A DNA stretch of 64,000 bases from the human T2T-CHM13v2.0 reference genome, Homo sapiens, in the NCBI RefSeq assembly GCF_009914755.1, contig NC_060925.1; one strand, given 5' to 3'. A program made the translations under genes and the position numbers. This document shows, in pieces, positions 1 through 14,859 of this stretch. The stretch's first letter is position 1. The number at the start of each line of letters is the position of its first letter. The notes beneath the pieces are model-generated. The model searched no databases, had not been told where the DNA came from, and saw nothing but the letters and a program-made list of their open reading frames with translations.

Positions 1-1208
1 GTATTGCAGTGAAAAGCCTTATTAGTGCTGATCAACTCAATCATTCTCAAGCATGTTTGACTACCTAAATTTATCAACATTTCATGGAGACAATATTCCA
101 TTGAATGTCATTTGCTGGATTCTAATTGGGGTGATTGGGAATAGGTGTTAAAGAAGATGCTGCATTTTGACTGGGCCCAAAAGATGAGTAGAGTTTCATT
201 AGTCCCAGATGGAGGCAGAATGTGCAATCCACTCATGCAACACACACTCACTGAGTACTTCCTAAAGGTGAGGCCAACCCTTGGCTCTGGGGGGCTGCTA
301 CCCTGGTTTCCACTGCAAGGCAGAGTGAAAGGCACTAGAGCACTGATTTGAGAAAGGGCTTCCTATGTTTGGGGAATAGCAAATGCATGGCTAGAGTAAA
401 GCAGGTGTAAAAAGAGACAGAATGAGGAATAAGGCTGAACCAAACAGAAAAAGCATCTATTAGATCAGTTGTTTATCAGGCCACCTGTTACCTGTTAACA
501 GCACTGGCCTAGACAGTGTTAATCATTTCTGTCTGCTGTGGCTAGTGAAGAAACCCTGAGCAAGATCTTCCCTTCTCTAGGCCTCAGTTTCTTTATCTAT
601 AAAATGACTGGATTCTCTAAGGCTACTTGCAGCATCCATGTCTCAGTGTTCTGTGATTATAAGATATACAAAGGCAGCAGCACATACCAGCACTAAAGGA
701 CAGGAAGATTCTGGGGACAGGAGAATAGCTATTGGTTTAGACATACATCGAAAAATCACCTTGAAGAAAAATGAGCAGAAGAAAAATGAAGCCTATTCCA
801 TCTTCAGCTCTCAGGGCCCAGACTCCCTCCACCTGATATCTTAGGATTCTGCTTCTCAAATGGGAAGAATAAACGTGGCATAGTTTCCAACAGTCAATTG
901 TGCTCAAAAATGTAAAGAAGAAAATTTGACTCTTGTTCTAAAATCAAGACATATTTTAGACTTAGCATGCAATATTCTCAATGTATTTTAGAGATTTAAA
1001 AATGAGGACTTAAAGAAAGATCTGGCTTGTGTGGGCTTTTTGTCTTATGGGTGAGTCCCCTGGGTGCTCATTCACCGTCTCCCAGTGTGAGGAGTATACT
1101 TGGAGGGAAAGTTTCACTGGGCATCTCAGAGCTTTAGCCATTTAAATCTTGTAAAGACAGAAGCCTATTTATCCTGACTTAAGCTGTTCTAAAGAGACAG
1201 AAACTCAC

Positions 1209-1362
1209 CATTGGACTGGTCTTCTCCATAGTTTTTATGGGATGGTGCATACAAGAACATCAGAGCAAAGACATACAGATTCCACATCCCATAGATGCCT
1301 GTGAAAAAGGCACTGTTCACTTGGACTGTGATGCCGCCCCATTTCCAATGGCCTTCCGTTAC
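1209..1362 (-). CDS. WLS: WLS coding exon 11 (154 nt): [52 protein letters not shown]
   Basis: Acceptor tctccgcag|GTAACG, donor AATG|gtgagt; ORF 1189..1389. Confidence 0.97.
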
Positions 1363-3738
1363 CTGCGGAGAAAGGATGGTGATATTCAATTGAAACAGAG
1401 AAGAAACAGAAGAAACATAACACCAATAAAGGAACCAACCAACATGAAAACCAAGTCTCTTCTACATGTGGGAAACGTGAAGGGCCATGTAAGACTCCAT
1501 CTTTTAATCTGAATCATTTCGGTGTAAATTAAGGTCAACTGAAGGTTCTCTAGCTTTCTGTCAGGCACAGTCAGTGGTCCTTACCTTGCCCACAGATTAG
1601 TATCACCTGGGGAGTGTCTCTTCCTAAAAACAGCAATTCATTGCTATCCCTAAGTTAAACAAACTGTGTTTGAGCCCATCACTTATTCACAATTATAATT
1701 CCTCCTCTGCTGTCTGTCTTCCCAGCTAGATGTCAATTCCCTGCAGGCAGAGACCAGTTCTCTGCTGCCATGTCTTTAAGGCCTGATGCACCATAGATTA
1801 ATTCAAATCCAGTGTCTACCACTCACTCGGCTTAATGTAGGACAAGATGAAGACTCCAGACTTCAGAACTTCAGTGTCCGTAAGTGTAACATAAAAGCTT
1901 GCAGGTTATCGAAGAGAATTAAGTAAAAATATTTCTAGAACCTGCCTGGCAGGTACTCAGTAAATATTAGTTATTTCTATAACATCCCTTGAAGTAAGCC
2001 ACTCATGAAAATAATTATGAAGCTTTCATATGCTTCAAAATTCTGCAAGAGATGTTTTGAAGCTGCTTTTGTCTGTGTTAATGATTTGGTAATTGTCTTA
2101 AGGGCTGCCTAAAGATATATGGATTACACTAAGAACTGTCAACAGAGCTGCTGAGCTAAGTGACTAATTTGTGCCAGCTCTGAGACAAATGAAATGATTT
2201 TGACCACTTCTGCTTACTACGGGACACTTAAAATGGAAATAGAAGAAAGTATTGGGTAAATATTCCTTTGACAGCTGAATGAGGCTGCGTTGTATAAACT
2301 TTCTCTAGGAATCACTTTTAAATTGTAAGATGGCAGGCTAGATTGAAATGTTAAGAACTTTAACAAGCAGGTGGATTTCATTGCCTGTTTATGATACAGT
2401 GGGTCTGTGTTCATTATCTTCTGTATAATCCATAACCCACTTGGGGCCCTAGGCCAAATTAAGGTCTAAGTATAGGTATTTTTTTCTGAAAGACCAGGAG
2501 TGTCAGTTAACCACATTAACCAATTATAGACTTAGCAGTTTTAGTTTGGCCTTGGTGATACATAATTCTTCACTTTTTGTGACTCATAAACAAACCACTA
2601 TTATGAACTCTTATTTATTTTGGAAAATAATGCATTTTATATAAAATGCCCAGAAGTGTTTTCTGGCAAAGATGGATTTCATAACCATTACTAATTTTAG
2701 GACAATGTACCAGCATTCAAGCTACTTAGGACTTCTTAGAAATGTCTCCAAATGTCGCTCTTCTTTAAGTGCAGAATATACTAACTTTATAAAAACTATA
2801 TTACTTAGAGCATCTTATGATGATTTTTATTGCATATAATGGAAAGGAAAAGAAAGCATTAAGATAGTTTCCAGAAATACAGGTACCTGCTGTCATAACA
2901 CAGAGAACTCTTCTGTATGTGATTAAGGAGGGGAGGCTAGGCTGTCACGCATCCTAGCTGCAAGAGAGAATATGGCAATATGGCAGCTCTTCTACTCTGT
3001 TAAGGCAGTGGACCCTTCAGCTCAGGGAAGGGCCAGTAAGAGACCCTATTCCTGCGACAGAAGCTGGAAATACTCAATATTGACAATTTTAGTGACATTG
3101 ATTCTTGCTAGGATTGACATGACTGACCCATCTAAGGAAACACCAACCTATGTGCCTTGCACACAGTGGTGCTCGATAGACATATGTTGAATGAACAGAG
3201 GTAAAGTACAGGTATGTGTAGGGACTCCAGGACAAATACATGGAGGTAGAAAGTGGAGATGGAAAGAACCACTCTTAAAAGTACTTGATTGAAAAGTAAA
3301 GACAAAGTATTGCAGTCCACAAGTCATAATAATTGAATTTAAAAGTGAGAGGAGATGCCAATGTGTGACAAGTGTTATTCATTTAAAACATTGCTTTCCG
3401 TTATACTTATTTAAAATAAGTGGTTAACACAAATATTAGCAAAGCTAAGATTCTTTTGTATTCATAACAAGGATAAGCATATTTATTCAATGCTAATGAT
3501 GTGCCAGATACAATACTAAATCCTTTTACATGAAACGCATTATTTAGTCTTATTAATGACGCTGTGAGGTAGGTAGGTAATATTTCCATTCAACACATGG
3601 GTAAACTGTGGCACAGAAAGATGGAGTATCTTGCCCAAGATTGCTCAGCCAGAAAGCCATGGCTCTGACTCCAAAAGAAGGTATTCTTAACCATTATACA
3701 ACACATGGGTAGGAATGCTATCTTAAACAGGGGTTGAT

Positions 3739-3774
3739 CTCTGAAGGTAGCACATGCTCTGAAGGTAGCACATG
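3739..3774. repeat. Exact 18-bp tandem duplication
   Basis: ctctgaaggtagcacatg x2. Confidence 0.95.
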
Positions 3775-6224
3775 AGGCAACGACTATGTAAGGTCAAATT
3801 TCCTTTTGAAATTCACTTCATTGCCCATAATGTACATTACAAATACAACATACATGCACACATTTGTCTATTCAAATCTGTATAGTATGCACTATATATC
3901 CTGGACATAGTAACATATGGTATAAACTGGATATATAAACAAAATAAAAACTTACAGTAGAACCACTGGAATGAGATGCCCATAGTATGAGAGGCACACA
4001 CCAAGCCTGACAGGAAATATCAGACTCATGCTCCCGTCTCGTACTTGCTCTGGGACACATGCACATTGTTTAGAGTGGAGTTGCAGAATTACACACCCTA
4101 CTGAATGTGCAATCTGTAAATGTGGTGTTTCCTGCTGTGGGCAAAGAGTTGAACTGCAGAAATAAACGGTATAGATAGTGTAACTCTGCTCTTTGGTGGC
4201 TGGCTTGTTTTTCCCTCTCCTCTCCCAATTATTCATGCCTAAGACATCCTCAGCTCTGAGCACATTCCCACCAATATGTACCACAATGAGCAGCCTCAAC
4301 AGAGCAGGCCTTGTAAATCCAAAATCTTACTAATGCCAAGGCGGAGGTAACAGTCTCCCCCCTTTTAACTTTGAGAGAAAAATCAGGTAGCCCCAGCCCC
4401 CCTCCGCCAAACCCTCCCCCCTCCTCAAAATCCCCAAATCTCACCCTCTGCATAAGTCTTATTTCTAAAAGTCCCTGTTTTTCCTGATTTTACATTTGAA
4501 CAATTTACTTTTGTGTGAAACCACCCAATTATACCCCTGGAGCCAAGTGAAGGTCAAATCTCTTTACACCCAGTAGTCTTGACAACCAACATTCCACTTA
4601 ACAACAAGATTTCCAAATCCCAGACACAGGCTCTCTTACCGGAAACATTTCCTCTGTAAGTAACAGAATGAAGTGATCACACACACACAAAAGAGCTGGG
4701 GACAGGCTCTCTGGGAGTTTGCTGCATGTGGCTTGACCTGAATGTCAGGCACCTGGGGGTCCCCTTAATGAAGGTCGGTGACCTTCTCCCCTGCACTGCA
4801 CTTCTGTTCCCTACTGCCGCCACCTCTAAATGGAACGCCTCTTTCTTTTCCAGAGGGAAGGGGCTGAAATACCAGACTGCGATGTACCATCTCTTGGTTG
4901 CTATGACTGAGGCCATTAAAATGGCAGGCATTAAAAGACTGCACCTCAGTACCCAGCTACAAAGCCTCAAGGTCACTGCATTCCACAGCTTCCCGTCGCC
5001 TTTCATTCCTGGCCTCAGAGCTTCAATATCCTGGCGAGATCCCCTCGCATTATATTTCATGAGGCTTAAATGCAAGCTCTCCCACAGCAAGCCCGAGAGT
5101 ATAATGGGGGTTTTAATACATTCCTTTTACCTAAGGCTGGGATCCATTTCAAAAAGTTACCCAATAGGTTTCCTTTCAGGTGAGCTCATTGCTCTGACAT
5201 TCCAAAATGACATTAAAAAATAAATCCTCTGATGACTATATTAATACAGTACCTGGGACACTGAGAGTTATGCCGGAAAACGTCTTAGATGTCTATAAAT
5301 AAATCTTAGAAAAAAAACCCAGCAGGAGGAATGTGAGGAGCTAATGGAATTCAAAAGGCCTCATTGCTACCCCCTTAGAGTTGAAATCCACTCCGGGCCG
5401 ACTGTCGCAGCAGATATAAAAAGCCAGCCACAGGCTGAAGCTGTATTAGAAAATACTGTGGCAATAGAATATTAATCTTTTTCTCCAAAGAAAAGCCACG
5501 GACTATGCTCCTTGGAAGATGGCTTCCTTTGCTATAAGAAGTACACTAATTAAACATGTACAAGGTTAAATCCTGGCAACATGCAGCTGCTTCAGGGATC
5601 AGTCCTTCTTGACTTCAGGTGGGAGGCATTCCCCGCAGAGGCAAGATATACATGAGGCAGTGTGGGGAGAATGACGTCAGCCTCCCAAACTGGCACAAGG
5701 ACCTGTGTGTGGCCTTAGGATCAAAAGCGTCCTTCTTTCTGCTTTCCTGAAAACATATCTTGAAATTGCCTTTTATGCCTCAACCCATCTTCCTTGAGAT
5801 GCCGTTTCTCCAAGGAAGTGCTCTGTGCCCTCTCAGCCTTGCAGGTCTGGCTGTGTCAAGTGCCACTGTGCACTACTGAGGGACTGGAGGAACTGAAAAG
5901 CATTTTGGTCATAGGAGGGAATAGCCACGGGAGAAGTCAGGCCTCAGACACTCTTGTTTGAATATGGATGTTTGAGCCTTAGCTGGTAGAATAAAACACT
6001 CTTTCAGAGTTTGAAATAGTTTTACTGCAAATGGAGTGGAAAGCGAAGTTTCCAAGGTTTTATAAACAACCTGATATAAACACAGCAGTGTTGTAGGTCA
6101 AAGCAGATGTGGTGAACAGAACTTACAAAGACATATATGTGTATCAGTTTATTTTTTCCACGTTCATTTCAACCTCAGCAGAGCTAGCAACACTAACACT
6201 CCCCAGTGGCAGAGCCAACAACAG

Positions 6225-6635
6225 GGCTCTAGAGGCTCCAAACTTGGGGTCCTCTTGGGTGTCCTTGGATAGAATTCAAGGGGTCCATAAACTAGAATAG
6301 AAAAAATTATATATTTTCACTAGTCTCTAGCTGAAAGATAATGTTTACTTCAATTATGGATGTAGAAAAATCCCTATAGTGTTAGTACTACTGTGATTTT
6401 CTCAATAGAAATCATGATATTTTCACATCAATTACAGTTGTAGATATAAATCTGTAATATACCTGTAGCATCTGTTTCACTGTAAATATATATTACATAT
6501 AATATATAGAGATGATTCCCCTTGAAATTCGAAGTATTTTATTTTACTTATTTGAAACCATTCTAAGAGGAGACTCGTAGCCTTCTTCAGGTTGCTAAAG
6601 GGGTCCATATACAAAAATGGTTAGGAGTCCCTGTA
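6225..6635. mobile_element. Old hAT-Charlie-like relic
   Basis: ggggtcc motifs near both ends with Charlie4-like internal sequence (recall only). Confidence 0.45.
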
Positions 6636-6874
6636 CTAGGGAAACTTCCCAGCAGAATGGAGCAAGTCGTGTCCTAAGACACTATCTACACTACTGAAAT
6701 CCTCCATTTTGGCTAAATGACAAAGCACTGGCAAAAGAGTCAGAAGGACTGGGTTCTGATCTCTAACTTATTGCATGTCCTTTGGCAAGAAAGACATTCA
6801 AGCTTCTTGCTATTCATAAGAACACAGCTACTCATGCTTACAATGTGCCAGGTGCTCTGCTAACTACATTTGGT

Positions 6875-7195
6875 TGCCACAATGATGGTTCAGTCAACAA
6901 CAGACCACATGTATGACAGTGGTCCTGTAAGATTATAATATCATATTTTTACTGTATTTTTCTATGTTTAGATATGTTTGAAATACACAAATACTTACCA
7001 TTGTGTTACAATTGCCTACAGTAGTCAGTAGAGGAACATGCTGTACAGGTTTGTAGCCTAGGAGCAATAGGTTACACCATATGGCCTAGGTATGTAGTAA
7101 CCTATACCATCTAGGTTTGTGTAAGTACACTCTATGATGTTCCCTTAATGAGGAACTCACATAATGATGCGTTTCTCAGAATGCATCCCTCTTTG
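6875..7195. mobile_element. Tigger3-like TcMar DNA transposon fragment
   Basis: Characteristic acatgctgtacaggtttgtagcctaggagcaatagg and ctaggtttgtgtaagtacactctatgatgt. Confidence 0.75.
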
Positions 7196-7997
7196 TAAAT
7201 ATTACTTCCTGTAGTCATTACAGCAACCTTCTGTGGGTCTATTGTAATATTTATTTTGCAGATAAGAAAATTAAACCTTAGAACTGTTAAGTAATCCATC
7301 CACAGTCCTATCCAGCTAGGAAGCAACATAAATGAAAACTTTCTCCAAAGCTATTAGATATCATAGTCTAGCAAGCTAGGATAACAATTCCTGCCCTACT
7401 TACCTCGTAGGATTTTTGTGATGCTCAAATGAATAATAGATACATTAGATTTAAACAGTACTTCCCACCCTTCAAAACAAGTTATGAATATTTTAAAATG
7501 ATTGTTATTGAGATTTTCAAGTATAGCAAAATGTTGAGTTTTGGAAATAACCAGTGAAAAGACAAGATGCTATCAAAGAGACTTTTGAATTACATTTCAT
7601 ATTTAAGTGGCAATATAATTATTACAAGGAATAGCTGATGGACTGTATAAGGATCTATGTTAATGCTAGATAAAAATGGAATCAAATTTATGCTTGTTAG
7701 TGTTGTGCTACACGGCTTGATAAGTTTTTCTCATAAGTAAATAAAATATGTGCCCTTCAATCTGGCTGTAGGCTTTTAATTTATTTGGAAACTTTTATCT
7801 CCTACAAGGTTTTACGGAAAGAGAAAATTTAGTCCATTTGGCCAGGTGATATCAAGACCCAGAAAAATATGGCTTGACCAGCTGTCCAGAATTATGGCCT
7901 CTCTCCTCCTTTCCTCAGTGGCTCTATTGAATTTCTGTGCAGGGTAGAGGGATCTCTGCAGAGACATTCTCACCTTGACATCTCAGGGTCCACTTAC

Positions 7998-8081
7998 CTG
8001 ACTAACGATGAAGAAGATGACAGTCATGGCAGCGCAGGCCAAGGTGATAAGCATGAGGAACTTGAACCTAAAAATTAGCCC
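7998..8081 (-). CDS. WLS: WLS coding exon 10 (84 nt): GLIFRFKFLMLITLACAAMTVIFFIVSQ
   Basis: Acceptor ttctaatag|GGGCTA, donor AGTCAG|gtaagt. Confidence 0.97.
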
Positions 8082-9297
8082 CTATTAGAAAAGAAAGAGT
8101 AGTTTAATACTCCATCAGCTACCAATCCTTTTCTCACTATGTAAATCTATAAAAAGCTTAATTTTAAAGAAATCTGTAAAACCAAATCCCTAAGAATGAC
8201 AGTAAAATAGTTTCCCATAGTAATATTTCTTCTGCAGAGGTGAGTGTGGCTGAAAATTTCTTGGGCCAAGTATTTCCTATGTTCTTATCACTCATAAAGC
8301 AGCGATACGAGAGCCTGGGAAATTATATTCACAACACGTCGTGAGGCTGCTAATTTCCCTGCTAAGCTGGTTATGCTTCTCTGCAAGGGTTCAAAGTTAC
8401 CAAATCCAAGTTTTCTGTGGTTGTAATAAAATTCTGCTCCAGTGAACAAAAAGAAATGTGCATATTAATCAACATGAAGTGGATTTGGTTGAATTTTCTC
8501 ATGTCACTCCAGCTCTGGAGACAGGCAAGCCTTAGAAAGTGCCTGTGGTTTCCTAAGAGCAGGATTTAAGAGAACCTGTGTTTCAGAGAGGGAGGCCTAT
8601 TATTCAGGGGCTCTTCTGTGCAGATCTACTGCATATAAAAACTCTGAGGTTCTATAGTTTCTGCTTCTCTTTTCATACAGGAATTAGGCTTGTTTCTCCA
8701 AGGACAGCCACTTAGGCATGAACCCAGGGGATCCCTGATAAATCAAGGATGTGTTGCTTGCATTGGGGATTTGAGGATGTTAAGTGTTTCTCTTGAATGA
8801 GGAACATAATCTATAAACAGAGATTACTGAACTCTGTCTGAGCATCTGCTGGATATTTTAGGGGAATGTGGCCTGTTAAGAGTCTGGAAATCAGATCACG
8901 TGGGCTAAACCCTGTTTAATTACAGGACAGGGTTGATTCTGGGACAGAACTTTGACTAAAGCCTCATCCCAACAAAATCCCAATTCTGTCATAGTCCAAT
9001 CTCCCAGCTAGTATGTAACCTACATTCCATCACCAAGCTGAAGAACCGGCTGAACAAGTTTACTCATTACTGAAAATGGAAACACATTTGTACCACAGAA
9101 AACACCAAGATTTAGGCCAGCTAGATGCTTCTCAGAGTAAGATTTGGCCTCTAATTTTGCCCAGAGATCCTACATGAGAATCTCTCAATTTGTATTTCAA
9201 AGTAAAGGCTTTCTATCTCCAGGGTGTGTGTGTTTACACATCAAGTGGAAAGATCAAGCAAGCACCAGTTCCAGAACGAGCCAAGAAATCTGCCCAC

Positions 9298-9441
9298 CTC
9301 ATAGTGTAGCCGCCGGACTTTGCTCATAGCTGGCAGGCTGGACTGCTTCCCACTGATGTTCCGAAACACCTGAAATACCATGAAGCATAGAAACAGGAAG
9401 TAGAGGCAGAGGCAGATTCCAGCCACGATGATGAAGGCCAT
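9298..9441 (-). CDS. WLS: WLS coding exon 9 (144 nt): MAFIIVAGICLCLYFLFLCFMVFQVFRNISGKQSSLPAMSKVRRLHYE
   Basis: Acceptor gacacgaccag|ATGGCC, donor TATGAG|gtgggc; ORF 9241..9441. Confidence 0.96.
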
Positions 9442-11564
<2,123 letters not shown>

Positions 11565-11628
11565 GGCCAGCTCTGTTCCAATGTCTGTAGTCCAGATACT
11601 GTAGAAGGGATTCGTGAGTTGTACCCCT
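11565..11628 (-). CDS. WLS: WLS coding exon 8 (64 nt): [21 protein letters not shown]
   Basis: Acceptor ctttgtag|AGGGGTA, donor CTGGCC|gtatcctt (U12-type); lies within ORF 11451..11663. Confidence 0.96.
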
Positions 11629-11991
11629 CTACAAAGAAAATGAGATGGAAAGGCAAGACACAATTAATACAAAGGCAACGGGAACTTTCCTTTTCACATA
11701 TTCTTAGCTTTTCAGCTGCAGGGGTGAGGGCTGTATTTAGGCTAAAAAACATTACAGAGATCCTAAAGAGAAATGAAGCTTGTAGAATACATCGGCCCAA
11801 ATATTTTTCAACTGTAAAGAGCTGTGCCTTTGATTTGATCCCAGACCTTGTCTGAGGATGTGACCACGTCCAGTGCTTCCAAACCAAAGGTTCCCGACCA
11901 CCATTCTCCTTTTCAAACACTCCTCCTAAAATGACAGGAGTGGGCGTGGTGATGCACAGTTTGGCTCAGTGTCCCACAAACACTTGCTCAC

Positions 11992-12089
11992 CTCTCACAC
12001 ATGTCAAATATGAAGAGGCAGAAGGAGCCAACGGCAATGGGTCCGACTTGCTTCCAATACCCTGCGATGTGGTTCCGCTCGTGCTGATC
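11992..12089 (-). CDS. WLS: WLS coding exon 7 (98 nt): DQHERNHIAGYWKQVGPIAVGSFCLFIFDMCER
   Basis: Acceptor tttcctcag|GATCAG, donor GAGAG|gtgagc. Confidence 0.97.
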
Positions 12090-13616
12090 CTGAGGAAAAC
12101 CAAATTGAGAAGGGAGATAGAGGGGAGAGGAAGACCAAGCAATTCTATGGGGGAGTCAGCATTCGAAGGACACTTGCCGACCACCTATTGTGTATCAAGC
12201 ACTATGCTAGATTCTAGGTATGAGAACAAAGAAGATGAAAATCTCTTCTTCAGGAGCTCATCTCTGTGGGGGAGTCTGGCACATACGTAGAACATGACAA
12301 AGCCCAGCCATAAGGGCTCTGAGAGTAATAAGAACAGGATGCCATGGGAACACAAAGAAAGGCCTCGGCTCCCAGGCAGGGGACATTTTGTGGTCCACAA
12401 AATAACTCATTCTGAATTAAATTTCTACGTGACTTGTAACTTGTGTTTATAAAAGTGACTGATCCTCAGAAGACAAAGTAAAGACATTAAAGCATTTAAA
12501 TATGTAAAGTGTGTCTATTATGGTGAGGAAAATAGGCATATTTTCTCCCCATCCTTATTAAAACCAGGAATGAGTCCCCTTGATAAACAAAGACACCAAG
12601 AGAAAGAAAAGGAAGGAATGTAGAATGAGAAAAAAGGGAAAGCAAAGATGATCTTAGCCTCCAGGTGGGGCCCCAGGTGGGTCAGTCCACACCAGCTCCC
12701 TGCGGACAATCCTTGGCTGGCTTCCTGGTGCTGGACCAAGTTCCATCCACTCCCCCGCCCTGCTGCTGAGGCCTCATTCTCAGCGCATCTCTGCTGGAGG
12801 ACACCTCATGGAGAAAGACCCCTTAATGTAGACAGTTTAGCAGTAGGAAGAAGTCTCTCTCTCTGCTCTCACACTGCTCTCCTGGAAGGGCAGCAGGACT
12901 TGAGAGGTCTGGTTTTCATGATTGAGCCATAATGGAATTTAAAAACAGTCCACTCTGCTGTGAAGCCCATGTGCCTGACGTGAAGACCAAGTTCCAGCTG
13001 GCATATCATCTTAGCCACAATGTGATGATGACACCATTCTTATTTTTAACCATGGTACCTTCAATCCCTCTTGAAATATGATTTGGTGTCTGTGCAAACT
13101 GAGGAGACCGGGAAGGTCTGTATTTCAGAGTAATAGGGGTTACTAGGCCACCTGGACACATTGCCAGCTGGAAAGAGCCAGGCCCACATTCTCTGATGGT
13201 TAACCTGTATTCCTGGGGACAGGACAAGCAGGGCAGAAGCCAGCAGACAAGAAACTCAAGCTCAAGGGCAAGAAATAATACTAATCATTAGAATGTGTGT
13301 GTTTATCTTAAGTTACTCACATTCTGTCATTTAATTCTCATGAAAACCCCATGCAGTAGGTCTTTACATCCCATTTTATAGATGAGGGACCCGAGATTCA
13401 GAGTGATAATGTCATTTGCCTAAAGCCACTCAGCTGGTCAGCAGGTGGTGAAGCAGGAATGTGAACCAGAGGGTCTGCCTCCAGAGTTCCCACTTGTAAC
13501 TACTAGTTTATTCTGTCTCACCCACTGCTGACTAGAGGCAAAGGGGGGCAGGTGTCAGCTTGGCAGCCTGCACAGAGCAGCTGGTACAGACGTCTGTCCC
13601 TCCCGGCGGCTCTTAC

Positions 13617-13785
13617 CATCATGTGCTCGCCACAGAAGATGATCCAGAAGGACAGAAGCATCGCATAGAAGATGCCCTGTCGGATGTCACCAAACAGCAG
13701 CATCCAGGTCCAGTCAAACCCGATGGAAAACCATTCCACTGGGATATTGATAAAGGTCATGGAAATCCCAAGGGCAAAGATGACT
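13617..13785 (-). CDS. WLS: WLS coding exon 6 (169 nt): VIFALGISMTFINIPVEWFSIGFDWTWMLLFGDIRQGIFYAMLLSFWIIFCGEHMM
   Basis: Acceptor ccatcag|AGTCATC, donor ATGATG|gtaaga; ORF 13518..13760. Confidence 0.97.
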
Positions 13786-14859
13786 CTGATGGTGAGAAAA
13801 TATCAGGACAGCCACTTTATTCATCTGGAAGGCAGATTTTCAAACAATTCCCCGAATTCAGTTTTGAGACATGAGATGTTACTTATTGGGTCTGAAGCCA
13901 TATGATCAATTTCTTCTGCACAGAGATGCAAAACGTCCTATGTAGTTGGCACTGCTGCAGAATGAGGGAGTGCTATACCAACCTTTCTATGGAAGTGAAC
14001 CTGACCTCCTTAATGCCTCACACTTTACTTTGGTACCACTGCAGATGGCAGTCTTCCTATAATGTTTGTGTCCCCTTGCCTTCTCACCCAGGCCTCAGTG
14101 AGTACAATTGTCCTCTTTCACCTATTCAGGTTATCATTCATCTGATCATTAAGAACACTCATTATTATTGTGATATCCTCAGCAACTATGAATTATATAA
14201 GCATATTTGTTTCAATAATACATGACTCCAAACACATTTGAAATGTAAATTCTCTTGACTGCTTGTTTAGCTTTTATTTTACTCTTCCCCTGTCACACTA
14301 AGAACTGCCAATTCTCTACTAAAATATAATTCTTAAGTCACTGATTTATTCATACTTTTTTCCATCCCCTTGAAACACATATGTTAATTAAGCACAGATC
14401 ATGTACCAGGTATTGTGTTAGCACTATGGAATCCTAAATGAACAGGACCTGTTTTTTCACTCACGGGAGATACAGTTAGTAGAGGAGCCAGATAAAGAGA
14501 CAACTGAATAGATTAGGATCAGGAACATCATAGAGTTTTAAAGCATAGAGGGCTGCTACCAGGACTTCTGACTTTGACACAGACAGGAATGGAGCTGACT
14601 TGTGAGTCAAAGTGAGGGAAGTGGAAAGGGTGTTTGGAGGAGAGGGCAGAGCCTGGATGGAGGCATAGAGGCCTGGAAGAACCTGCTGCATTTGGGGATC
14701 TGCATGTGGCACATCAGGAAATGACAGGACATGAGACCAGAGAAACAAAGAGGGCTGTGCTCATGAAGAAACTTGCATACCCCACTGGAGAACTGAAATT
14801 TATCTTGAAGAGACTTTTTATTGGAATCCAATAAAAAGTTTAAACAATGGAGTGACATG

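Noticed and set aside
4677-5223. Overlapping 165-aa (+) and 137-aa (-) ORFs
   Set aside because: No recognisable domain or splice context; intronic and consistent with chance.
13560-13905. Plus-strand ORFs opposite WLS exons (also 1237, 11931, 57428)
   Set aside because: Shadow ORFs of coding exons.
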